Assembly: GCA_015232405.1 (NCBI GenBank)
Contig: JADFZS010000002.1
Coordinates: 11,448 to 75,447 of the forward strand
Direction: 5' to 3'
Length of the DNA: 64,000 nucleotides
Source: Magnetococcales bacterium
GTDB lineage: Bacteria; Pseudomonadota; Magnetococcia; Magnetococcales; JADFYX01
Shown here: positions 55,474 to 64,000 of the stretch, in pieces
How the letters are laid out: every line of letters starts with the position of its first letter
How positions within the stretch are numbered: position 1 is the stretch's first letter
Made by a program: the position numbers and the translations under genes
Notes under the pieces: model-generated
What the model saw: only the letters and a program-made list of their open reading frames with translations
Told to the model about the DNA's origin: nothing
The model's database searches: none

Positions 55474-58320
55474 TTAGCAGTCGACACTACCTTTTTGACT
55501 GTTTTTATTGTTAATTGTTGATTGCCACATCTGTTGATAGACCAACTCCAACTCTTTGGTAAATCCTGGCCCATCACATAGATAAGAACCAACAACACAG
55601 TTATGCAACTCTAGACGATGCTCGGTACTTCTTACACCTTTTTTTGCCAGATTCACAGCTTTATTAAAATACTCATCCGGCGTTGATGCAATCCACTCAC
55701 CTCTACCAACCACTGTTAAAAGACTGGCCCCTTGTCTTTCAATCATGCTATTGCCAGATAGTGTTATAACCGGAACTCCCATCCATAAAGCGTCAGCTGT
55801 TGTTGCTCCACCGGTACGGGGAAAGGGATCAAGGGCAATATCTATAAAACCATACTCTTTTAAATATGATAGGGCATTTGATGATGCTTTTAAAATTAAT
55901 CGGTTTTTATCAATACCAAACTGTGCAAATAGTTGGATAATTCGTTGCTGCTCACAAGAGCTAGATAAATTTCCTGTTTTGAGATAGAGCTTTGAAAAAG
56001 GTACTGCTTTTAAAATCCTGCTCCAGAGTTTGGTAACTGTATCTGATATTTTTGTTAGATGGTTAAAAGATCCAAATATAATTTCATTGTTAACTCTTTG
56101 TTCAAGTTGTATATTTTGACTTTTGTTGCTCGGTTCATAACAGGCCCAACAATGTGGTAGACGTATTATCTCTTCTACACTTTTTTCATGGCTGTCTTTG
56201 GGGGTTAATACAGAGTCGGTTAACCAGTAATCCATGGTCTGTAAGCCGGTAGTGGTGCAGTAACCCAGATAGGTAACCTGAATTGGTGCTGGTTTATAGG
56301 CAAAAACATCAAGGCGGTTCTCTTTGGTATGGCCAGTTAAATCCAGCAAAATATCAATTTTATCATCATATATCTGCTGTGCTAACTCTCTATCACTAAA
56401 ACCAACTGTATTAAGCCAAACATCTGCTAAGGATTTAAACTTAGATGTGACATCATCGGGAAATGCAACATCGGAATAACAAAATACCTCTATTTTGCTC
56501 CTGTTATGATTTTTAATTATTCCCTTCATAAAGTTGCCAACAGGATGTTTTCTAAAATCTGGTGAGATATAACCAACACGTAATATCTTGTTTTTATTGT
56601 CATTCAACAGATGTTTAAACTGCTCATTTTGTTTAACTTTGCTGTGAACCTCCCACCATTGTTGATGATATTTTAAAATCTCAGAAGGTGGGTAGAATCG
56701 ATAATAGCTGATCAAAAACAACAGGTTGCTATAGGCTTCAGAATAGTTGGGATCAATGGCTAATGCGGTTTTATATTGCTTTACTGCTGCTTTAATATTC
56801 CCCTGTTCTTGTAGGGCAAAACCAAGATTTGTATAAGCCTGGGCATAATCAGGTTTTAGGGATATGGCCTGTTTGATATTGGCAACTGCCTCTTTTAGTT
56901 TTCCCAACTCTTGTAGGGTAACACCAAGGTTTGAGTAGGCAATTTCATAATCGGGTTTAATGGCTATGGCTTGTTGAAAACTGCTTGCGGCCTCTTCAAG
57001 TTTATTTTGTTTTTTTAAAGCAACTCCACAGTTTAACAGAGCTTTCTCATAATCAGGTTTAATTAAAAGGGCTTTATTAAAGTTGCTTATAGCTTCATTT
57101 AACCTGTTTTGCTCAAGTTTGATATTGCCAATATCATAATAAGCTGTTGCATTATTTGGATCTATCGCTATGGCTTTTAGAAAACAGCTAATTGCCTCTT
57201 TAAGCTCTCCTGACTCTTGCAAGGTAGCTCCAAGAGTTGTGAGGGCTTCTGCATCATTAGGGTTGATAGATACAGCTTTTTGGATATTGCTAACTGCCTC
57301 TTTAAATTTATATTGCTCTTTTTGGGTGATCCCCAAATTCAAGTATGCCTGCGCAAAACTGGGATTGATAGCTATGGCTTTTTGGAAACTTAAAGTGGCC
57401 TCATTTAATTTATTGTTATCTTTTAAAATAACCCCAAGATTACAGTGAGCTTGGGCATAGTCGGGTTTAAAAGCAATGGCTTTTTGCAGAATTGCAATGG
57501 CCTCTGTGAGTTTTCCCTGCTCCTTTAGAGTTAAGCCAAGATTTGCATAAGCCTCGGCAAAATCGGGTTTAATAGCTATAGCTTTTTGGAAAATGCTTGC
57601 GGCCTCTTTTAGATTATCTTGTTTTTTAAGTACAACCCCAAGGTTGAGGAGAGCTTCCACATAATCAGCTTTGATGGCAATGGCTTTTTGGTAGTTGTTT
57701 ACAGCCTCTTGTAGCCTGTTTTGCTCAAGTTTGATATTGCCAATATTGTAATAAGCGGCTGCATAATTAGGATTTATGGCTATTGCTCTATTGTAACTAT
57801 CAACTGCCTCCTCATATTTTCCCTGTTCCAACAGAGCATTGCCTAAATTAGAATGGGCATCAGCAAAACCTGGGTTTATAGCTATGGCTTTTTGCAAACA
57901 CTCAACAGCTCTATCCAGCATGCCTTGTATTATTAATGTGTTACCAAGGCTGCTATAGGCTTCGGCATAATCTGGCTGAATAGCTATTGCTTTTGTCTGG
58001 GCCTCTACAACTTCATCTAACCTGCCTAAAGGATAGAGAGAGGTTCCCAAATTATAATATAAAAGGGCTAAATTACCGTTTATGTTAATTGCCCGTTGAA
58101 ACTGCTCAACTGCTAAATCATGGCGATTATATTGTTGGGCGATAAGTCCGAGTAAATTAATTGCATATATATGGTTGGGAAATACGTGAATTATGGATGT
58201 GCAAATTTGGTCGGCTTTTGTATAGTTTGCACTACTAAAATATTCCAGAGCCTGGGAGTAAGCCTCATCAACAGTGGTTTGAGTTTGCTCTGGTGGGCTG
58301 TCAGGTCTGTTCTGGTTCAT
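55474..58320 (-). CDS. TPR-repeat protein with a C-terminal SPINDLY/OGT-like (GT41-type) glycosyltransferase domain
   Basis: About 15 TPR units carry the recurring QKAIAI.PDYA.AY.NLG pattern. The C-terminal half has LRVGYISPDFRKHPVG, IQVTYLGYCTTTG, FGSFNHLTKI and FPRTGGATTADALWMGVPVITL. The start is taken at ATG 58320 (MNQNRPDS). Confidence 0.8.
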   Translation of the reverse strand: MNQNRPDSPPEQTQTTVDEAYSQALEYFSSANYTKADQICTSIIHVFPNHIYAINLLGLIAQQYNRHDLAVEQFQRAININGNLALLYYNLGTSLYPLGRLDEVVEAQTKAIAIQPDYAEAYSSLGNTLIIQGMLDRAVECLQKAIAINPGFADAHSNLGNALLEQGKYEEAVDSYNRAIAINPNYAAAYYNIGNIKLEQNRLQEAVNNYQKAIAIKADYVEALLNLGVVLKKQDNLKEAASIFQKAIAIKPDFAEAYANLGLTLKEQGKLTEAIAILQKAIAFKPDYAQAHCNLGVILKDNNKLNEATLSFQKAIAINPSFAQAYLNLGITQKEQYKFKEAVSNIQKAVSINPNDAEALTTLGATLQESGELKEAISCFLKAIAIDPNNATAYYDIGNIKLEQNRLNEAISNFNKALLIKPDYEKALLNCGVALKKQNKLEEAASSFQQAIAIKPDYEIAYSNLGVTLQELGKLKEAVANIKQAISLKPDYAQAYTNLGFALQEQGNIKAAVKQYKTALAIDPNYSEAYSNLLFLISYYRFYPPSEILKYHQQWWEVHSKVKQNEQFKHLLNDNKNKILRVGYISPDFRKHPVGNFMKGIIKNHNRSKIEVFCYSDVAFPDDVTSKFKSLADVWLNTVGFSDRELAQQIYDDKIDILLDLTGHTKENRLDVFAYKPAPIQVTYLGYCTTTGLQTMDYWLTDSVLTPKDSHEKSVEEIIRLPHCWACYEPSNKSQNIQLEQRVNNEIIFGSFNHLTKISDTVTKLWSRILKAVPFSKLYLKTGNLSSSCEQQRIIQLFAQFGIDKNRLILKASSNALSYLKEYGFIDIALDPFPRTGGATTADALWMGVPVITLSGNSMIERQGASLLTVVGRGEWIASTPDEYFNKAVNLAKKGVRSTEHRLELHNCVVGSYLCDGPGFTKELELVYQQMWQSTINNKNSQKGSVDC
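56830..57772 (-). repeat. Internal duplication within the TPR array, with copies offset by 612 bp (6 TPR units)
   Basis: The exact 32-mer CCTGTTTTGCTCAAGTTTGATATTGCCAATAT occurs at 57103-57134 and 57715-57746. The flanking ~330 bp align as YYDIGNIKLEQNRLNEA... versus YYNIGNIKLEQNRLQEA... Confidence 0.8.
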
Positions 58321-58607
58321 ATTGTGTTTATCAGTTTTGACCAAGCAAAAAAAATATTGCAATATTTTGTCACAGCTGATTGGATATTTCCAATAATAAT
58401 CATAATTTCTTAAAGTTGATTGCCGCCACACAAAAAAAGTGATGATACTGTTACGAGCAAAAATGATAATTATGGGCGGGAAATTATCTTGTATATATTT
58501 TAAAGCAGGTAATTATTTACTTATAAAGTGGAAACAACTACTTTTTTTATATATTGTTATGCTCTATTCAATTGCTATTGCCTCTCTTTGAAGTATAGGT
58601 ATTTATT

Positions 58608-60368
58608 ATGAAAAGTTTTTTGCGTGCACTATTTAAGCCTGGGGTTGTCTATGGCTGTTTTTTGGTGCTTAGCCTTGTTCTAGCACCATGTTTTAATATG
58701 GCTAAGGCAGCAAAAAATGCTGGTTTTGAGGATAATCCAGAGATCATAGCCCAGTTCAACATCAATGTTGGTAGTCTGGCTATGGATGAGCGCAAATATC
58801 TAGATGCTCTATCTTATTTTGAACAGGCTTATGAGACTTCAAAACTGGACAAAACCAAGGTAAAGTCTCTTCTTTACATGGCGACTACATTTGCCTCATT
58901 TCTTGATTCCCCCGATAGTGCATTAAAAATCTATCAGCAGATACAAAAAGATTACCCCAACTTTGCCCAGAGTGCCTTTTATAAAGAGATACTGCTTCTG
59001 TTTGAAAATGAGAGATATCCAGAGGCACTCAAAAAAATTGATCAGTATCGCTACTACTATCCAAATGGTCGTTTTCAGTTTCAAGCAGAACTTTTGGCTG
59101 ATGAGTCCAAAAAAGCCATGGGCACAACAGCTTACAAACGTGACTATGCAAAACAAAAAGCGGTGGCAGAGCTGTTTGCAAAGCAATCTGCTGATATTGG
59201 CAATGCAGAATTTGTTAAAAACAGTAAAAAAGTTCATAAAATAGCCTCATCAGGTTTTAAAAAAATAAGTGAACCTGTTGTCAGGGTCTTGTTCACCAAA
59301 GGCTCGCCAAAAGTTAGGGTTGAAGGGGAGGGGTTGCTTTTTCATTATGGGGGGCAAACCAAAAGTGTTAGGTCTGGAGTTGAGGTGACAACCAGAGGTG
59401 GCAAGCTTACCATAAACGGCTCCAAGGTGGGTCGTGATGTAAAAATCACTGCCAGCAGCCACATAAATGTGGTTTATGGTAAAAAGATGAAAAAATCAAA
59501 GCGAGTTCGAGGCTTTATAAAGTTAGCAGCGAAAAAAAGAGGGGTTAGAATAATAAATCATGTCAAGATTGAAGATTATCTTTTAGGTGTTGTACCAGCC
59601 GAATCACCACCAAGTTGGAAATCAGCTGCTCTAAAATCCCAAACATTGGCAGCACGCACCTATGCCTATAACGATGTTCGCAAACATGCTAAAGATGATT
59701 TTGATGTCTATGACTCCATCCGCAGCCAGGTTTATGGTGGTGTGGGCAAAGAGCACAGAAATACATCAAGGGCAATCAGGGCTACTCGTGGCGAGATAAT
59801 AACAGCGGTCCGAAATGGCAAACTGCAACCTATTCTTGCAATGTTTGCCGCTAACAGCGGTGGTTATACTGCAGATCCTAAAAAAGAGTACTCAAACCGT
59901 TGGGATACATCCCATTATTATCTCAATGCCCATGAAGATCCCTGGAGCACTAAATCCGGTAAGGCAGGGTTGGCCCGTTGGGAGTTTACCCATTCCCGTA
60001 GGGAAGTGGAAAAAAATCTAGCAAAAAGAAAGGTATGGATTAAAAACCTGGAATCCATAAAACCTGTCTACACTGGCCCCTCTGGTAGAGTAGTCAAGGT
60101 GCGTCTGGTATACGATGGCGGTAAAAGTAAAATAATCCGTTTTCGCCCAAAAGTAACCCTGGGTCTAGGGGGGCGAATTGGTACACTACCGGATACCATT
60201 GTGAAAATCAGAAAGCGAGGGGATAAATTTATCTTTACTGGCAAAGGTTTTGGTCACGGCATAGGCTACATGCAGTGGGGTGGGCAGTACATGGCAAAGG
60301 CCGGGCACTCCTACCAAGATATACTGGAGTTCTACTATCCTGGAACCAACATCATGCAGTATTGGTGA
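58608..60368 (+). CDS. SpoIID/LytB-domain protein with an N-terminal TPR-like region
   Basis: A signal peptide is present. The SpoIID-type block is IEDYLLGVVPAESPPSWKSAALKSQTLAARTYA, then FAANSGGYTADP and GHGIGYMQWGGQYMA. Confidence 0.8.
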   Translation: MKSFLRALFKPGVVYGCFLVLSLVLAPCFNMAKAAKNAGFEDNPEIIAQFNINVGSLAMDERKYLDALSYFEQAYETSKLDKTKVKSLLYMATTFASFLDSPDSALKIYQQIQKDYPNFAQSAFYKEILLLFENERYPEALKKIDQYRYYYPNGRFQFQAELLADESKKAMGTTAYKRDYAKQKAVAELFAKQSADIGNAEFVKNSKKVHKIASSGFKKISEPVVRVLFTKGSPKVRVEGEGLLFHYGGQTKSVRSGVEVTTRGGKLTINGSKVGRDVKITASSHINVVYGKKMKKSKRVRGFIKLAAKKRGVRIINHVKIEDYLLGVVPAESPPSWKSAALKSQTLAARTYAYNDVRKHAKDDFDVYDSIRSQVYGGVGKEHRNTSRAIRATRGEIITAVRNGKLQPILAMFAANSGGYTADPKKEYSNRWDTSHYYLNAHEDPWSTKSGKAGLARWEFTHSRREVEKNLAKRKVWIKNLESIKPVYTGPSGRVVKVRLVYDGGKSKIIRFRPKVTLGLGGRIGTLPDTIVKIRKRGDKFIFTGKGFGHGIGYMQWGGQYMAKAGHSYQDILEFYYPGTNIMQYW

Positions 60369-60383
60369 TTATAGATGGTCTAT

Positions 60384-61583
60384 CTAAATAGCCTTTTCAG
60401 ATAAAAACCTCGCCATTAATTTATGACCGGGGTTAAATGATATTGATGCGGTTTTTAATAGATTTTCATCATAAGCACTGTTGCTGTCAGGTTTGATGTT
60501 CTCTCCCATCATGGCAAAAGGGACCGGGTCTGAATTGTGGGTTTTGGTTGCTACAGGTGTGGGATGGTCTGGCAGTGATGCCGCACGAAAGAGGCCTCTT
60601 TTAGCCAGGGTCTCCAATACAGGGCCAACCAAAAGGCGGTCAAAATCCTCAATGGCCTGTATTTTATAGTCAACCCTGCCAGCATGACCAGCTTCGTCGG
60701 GTGATTCCACATGGACAAACATCAGGTCATGACGCTCCAACCCCTCCAAACAGGCATTGGCCTTTCCTGTATAGTCGGTATCTATCCAACCAGTTGCACC
60801 GGGAACATGAAGGGTCTCAAAGCCGATGTTGGCAGCTATTCCCCGCATTAAATCAACCGCAGAGATCATGCCCCCAGTTTTGCCGTATAGCTCCTTGAAA
60901 AGCTGTAAGCGAGGTCTGCGACCTTGGCCCCACAACCAGATACTGTTCGCTGTTACCTCACCTGCTTGTTGCTTGCGTTGGTTTATGGGATGATCCGCCA
61001 AGAATTTCCAGGACTCCTCCATCAAAGCAGCAATGGGAGCAGCATCAACACCACTGGGTAGGTGTCCATCAATTGCCCTATCGGAAATATCATGGGGTGG
61101 TATGGTGGTTAACTGCTCCCGGCCTTTATGCCAGACCAACAGGTGGCGATAGCTAACCCCAGGATGAAAGCTGAACTGTTCGCTACCAAGCTTTTCGTTG
61201 ACAAAATTAATCAGCTCGGTTGCATCCTCCGTGGTAATGTGTCCAGCGGAGAAATCACCCATGATTTTAAAATCATCAGCAAGGTTGACCAGATTACAGC
61301 GGAAGGCAAGGTCATCTGCAGCAAGATCCACACCCATGGCTCCTGCCTCCAAAGGGCTACGTCCGGTGTAGCCAGTTGTAACGTCATAACCCAATACACC
61401 TAAATTGGCTATATCGCTACCTGGATAGAATCCCTCTGGGGTGTTTAAAGACCAGCCACCAACCCCTTCCCGGACCATTCGGTCCAGGTTGGGTGTTTTG
61501 GCAACCATAAGCGGAGTTTTGTTATCCAGTTCCGGCATGGGTCTGTCGCTCATGCCGTCGCCTAGAAAAATGACATATTTCAT
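60384..61583 (-). CDS. apgM: Cofactor-independent phosphoglycerate mutase (archaeal-type, ApgM family)
   Basis: Begins MKYVIFLGDGMSDRPMPELDNKTPLMVAKTPNLDRM. Also contains FVHVESPDEAGHAG and LPDHPTP. Confidence 0.85.
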   Translation of the reverse strand: MKYVIFLGDGMSDRPMPELDNKTPLMVAKTPNLDRMVREGVGGWSLNTPEGFYPGSDIANLGVLGYDVTTGYTGRSPLEAGAMGVDLAADDLAFRCNLVNLADDFKIMGDFSAGHITTEDATELINFVNEKLGSEQFSFHPGVSYRHLLVWHKGREQLTTIPPHDISDRAIDGHLPSGVDAAPIAALMEESWKFLADHPINQRKQQAGEVTANSIWLWGQGRRPRLQLFKELYGKTGGMISAVDLMRGIAANIGFETLHVPGATGWIDTDYTGKANACLEGLERHDLMFVHVESPDEAGHAGRVDYKIQAIEDFDRLLVGPVLETLAKRGLFRAASLPDHPTPVATKTHNSDPVPFAMMGENIKPDSNSAYDENLLKTASISFNPGHKLMARFLSEKAI

Positions 61584-61610
61584 GCCATATCTCCGCTATT
61601 TGCTGTTTGT

Positions 61611-62588
61611 TTATAGGAGATCCTTGACAACATCTCTCTCTTGACGCAACTCATCATGTACCTTATCAAACATTTTTTTAGCAAAGTCTGACATTTCCAG
61701 ACCTTCAACCACTGTGTTACCACCTTTGCCGTCACTACGTACGGGATAACCAAAAATCAGCCCAGGATCAACTCCATACTGACCATCAGAGTGGATGGCA
61801 GCAGAGTGCCAATCGTTGGCTGGTGTTACACTCTCCATTGATACAACATGTTCCAGGGCGGCATTGGCTGCTGAAGCTGCACTTGAAGCACCGCGAGCTT
61901 TAATAATTGCTGCACCCCGGTTTTGAATACTACTAATAAATTCATTCTGCAACCAGTTTTGATCTGGAATAACCTCTGGAGCTGGTTTACCTCCGATCAA
62001 CGCATTTTCAAAATCTGGATATTGGTTGTTTGAATGGTTGCCCCATATCACCATGTTGGTAACATCGGATACAGCAGACCCTGATTTTTCCGCAAGAAGG
62101 CTCTGTGAGCGGTTTTGATCCAGACGCATCATAGCTGAAAAACGTTCTTTGGGAACATCACTGTTGTTCATGGCGATCAAACAGTTGGTGTTACATGGGT
62201 TACCAACTACCATCACCTGTACATCGTTGGCAGCTTTGTTCAGAGCTTGACCCTGACCGACAAATATCGGTCCGTTTGCTTGAATAAGGTCTGAACGTTC
62301 CATACCAGGACCACGGGGACGGGAACCAACAAGCCAGGCCCAACTAATACCATCAAAAGCAACCTCTGGATTGTCGGAAATAATTATGTCACTTAGCAAA
62401 GGAAATGCGCAATCATTCAGCTCCATAACTACACCTTCCAAAGCACCCATGGCGGGTGGGATCTCCAAAAGTTGTAATTGAACTGGGCGATCTTTACCAA
62501 AAACGTCTCCAGATGCAATTCTAAATAGCATACTGTAGGCAATCTGTCCTGCGGCTCCACTTACGGCAACTCGTATAGGATTGGTCAT
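61611..62588 (-). CDS. mdh: Malate dehydrogenase (NAD-dependent, cytosolic-like class)
   Basis: Contains [37 protein letters not shown] and MRLDQNR. Confidence 0.92.
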   Translation of the reverse strand: MTNPIRVAVSGAAGQIAYSMLFRIASGDVFGKDRPVQLQLLEIPPAMGALEGVVMELNDCAFPLLSDIIISDNPEVAFDGISWAWLVGSRPRGPGMERSDLIQANGPIFVGQGQALNKAANDVQVMVVGNPCNTNCLIAMNNSDVPKERFSAMMRLDQNRSQSLLAEKSGSAVSDVTNMVIWGNHSNNQYPDFENALIGGKPAPEVIPDQNWLQNEFISSIQNRGAAIIKARGASSAASAANAALEHVVSMESVTPANDWHSAAIHSDGQYGVDPGLIFGYPVRSDGKGGNTVVEGLEMSDFAKKMFDKVHDELRQERDVVKDLL

Positions 62589-62702
62589 GTATTACCCTCC
62601 AACAATTTTAAGTTATTAATCTATTTTATGATAGATACTTTGACCTAATGATAAGAAAATCGCAACCTATAGCTTAAAATTTCTGCTAAAAGCTGGCTTT
62701 TG

Positions 62703-63344
62703 TTAATTTTTTTTATCTGTCTCCAAAGCTCCTTTTATTATGTCATCTGCTTTTTTTATGTTACCAGAAAGATATATTTCCAACAATCCACCATCAAATA
62801 AATTACGCCAGAATTTTCCCCGTTCCTGCAAGGTTGGAATGTGGCTACAGGATAATTTTCGCCATTTGGCAAACCAATTTGTAAGCTCATAAAGATTTTC
62901 TGGCAGCTCTTTTTCCAACTTACGTCGCAACCATCCAGCCAGGGCTGGGCCTTGACCTCCGGTGGATATGGCGATGGTAAATGGTGGTTTTTTAACTACA
63001 GCAGGCCATATAAATGAACAAAATTCTGGTTGATCAACCACATTTAAAAATATTTTTCGTTTCTCACAAGCGGCATATATCCCAGAATTTATTGATCTAT
63101 CTTCCAGTGCGCTTATTACCAACCAGATATTTTCTAGATATTCTGGTTTAAAAGGGGCAGGCAGCCAGTTGCATCGATCTGCAATTTGTTTTGGCCAGAG
63201 ATCTTTTTTTTCGCTAATTACATATAGTTCAGCACCAGCATCAAGGAGAATCTCACCTTTGGTGATTGCTTCATGGTTCTCCCCCAACATCAAACAGGGG
63301 CGTTTAGTTAGTTGTAAAAATTGCGGTATAACTGAAATATTCAT
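62703..63344 (-). CDS. Precorrin-2 dehydrogenase / sirohydrochlorin ferrochelatase-like protein (SirC/CysG N-terminal type)
   Basis: 213 aa. The Rossmann-like start is PCLMLGENHEAITKGEILLDAGAELYVIS. Also contains FLNVVDQPEFCSFIWPAVV and ISTGGQGPALAGWLRRKLE. Confidence 0.65.
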   Translation of the reverse strand: MNISVIPQFLQLTKRPCLMLGENHEAITKGEILLDAGAELYVISEKKDLWPKQIADRCNWLPAPFKPEYLENIWLVISALEDRSINSGIYAACEKRKIFLNVVDQPEFCSFIWPAVVKKPPFTIAISTGGQGPALAGWLRRKLEKELPENLYELTNWFAKWRKLSCSHIPTLQERGKFWRNLFDGGLLEIYLSGNIKKADDIIKGALETDKKN

Positions 63345-63404
63345 TGGCTAAAAATCGCTATAATAATTTGAGAATATCAGTATATTCTGATATATAATAA
63401 ACCG

Positions 63405-63656
63405 ATGAACGACACTATACCACAAATTAAACTGGATGTTAGAGGGTTGGCAGCACCAGAGCCTATGGTTCGCATTCTCGAAGCCACTGCAACCCTAGAA
63501 CCTGGAAGAGTTTTAACTGTTACCCATAACAGGGTTCCAACCTTACTCTATCCTCGTTTGACCGAGCGCGGTCTGAGTGTGGAAACCCAAGAGCAAGATG
63601 ATGGGGTTGTTGTGTTGACTATTAAACGCCCGATAAAGCCGGATAACCTACCATGA
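63405..63656 (+). CDS. DUF2249 (TusA-like fold) small protein
   Basis: 83 aa. Contains LDVRGLAAPEPMVRILEATATLEPGRVLTVTHNRVPTLLYPRLTERG. Confidence 0.65.
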   Translation: MNDTIPQIKLDVRGLAAPEPMVRILEATATLEPGRVLTVTHNRVPTLLYPRLTERGLSVETQEQDDGVVVLTIKRPIKPDNLP

Positions 63657-64000
63657 CTGAAGAAGAAGTTATTAAAAAAGTTGGCCAACTTGCCCGTAAA
63701 TATTATCAGGATGATCAATACTCCTGTGCTGAAGCAATATTAAAGGCTTTTGCCGAGGTTTTTGCCCCGGAAAAATTTGATACCGAGCTCATAGCAAGCC
63801 TGGCAACACCGTTTAACGGTGGTTTTTCTGAGTTGCAACACACCTGTGGTGTTTTAACCGCTGGCATGATGGCTATTGGGTTGGTGGCAGGCAGGAGTAA
63901 ACCTGGTGATGAAGATGCCAAGGAGGAGGCCTACACCCTTACCCAAATATATTATCAGCGTTATATGGAGGCCATGGGAACAGATTCGTGTAAAGAGTTG
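63653..64000 (+). CDS. C_GCAxxG_C_C-family putative redox-active protein (3' end cut by window edge)
   Basis: ATGA start/stop overlap with the upstream gene. Contains YSCAEAILKAF, then HTCGVLTAGMMAIG and GTDSCKEL. The ORF runs off the window. Confidence 0.7.
   Translation, partial: MTEEEVIKKVGQLARKYYQDDQYSCAEAILKAFAEVFAPEKFDTELIASLATPFNGGFSELQHTCGVLTAGMMAIGLVAGRSKPGDEDAKEEAYTLTQIYYQRYMEAMGTDSCKEL

Overview
This is a mostly housekeeping 64-kb chromosomal segment from an AT-leaning Gram-negative genome, probably a microaerophilic proteobacterium. I call about 58 protein genes and 2 pseudogenes. I found no rRNA, tRNA, CRISPR array, integrase or transposase. All family assignments come from reading motifs in the supplied translations; no searches were run.

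Backbone blocks:
- map-sfsA and gltA.
- ilvB-ilvN-ilvC-psd-pssA followed by a decayed leuA.
- A FliX-like gene, then lepA-lepB-DUF4845-rnc-era-recO-trm112-like.
- lpxK-waaA, glyQ-glyS, aroE, topB, and arfB with a SUV3-like helicase.
- A long minus-strand copper/redox/aerotolerance run: SCO1, PCuAC, csp, thioredoxin-like ferredoxin, superoxide reductase, peroxiredoxin, then bolA-grxD on the plus strand, then batD-batB/C-batA.
- apgM-mdh and a sirC-like gene.

The synteny mixes beta/gamma-like blocks (ilv-psd-pssA-leuA, lepA to recO) with alpha-like genes (FliX-like, SUV3-like helicase, TIGR02281-type retropepsin). I cannot name the taxon.

By eye, several stretches are more AT-rich than the housekeeping genes and look accessory: 1-6400, 24200-26150, 32340-32700 and 52000-58600.

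Best candidates for something undescribed:
1. An ExeA/MshM-like ATPase paired with a 1581-aa membrane-anchored giant protein (1-6401, cut by the window edge). The giant carries a FecR domain, 13 in-phase 16-aa Ala/Val repeats and cadherin-like repeats.
2. A three-gene ACP / deacetylase-like / GNAT-like module (36816-38880). It sits in a pocket that also holds topB and an MntA-HepT pair whose toxin carries a stop codon exactly at the catalytic Arg.
3. A non-specific nuclease fused to a lamin-tail domain, with no signal peptide and no visible inhibitor (53335-54567).

Other points worth a look are the leuA remnant next to a MITE/REP-like palindromic element, an FHA-like/PPP phosphatase fusion, and a membrane-anchored dynamin-like GTPase. 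None of these is proven novel from sequence alone.
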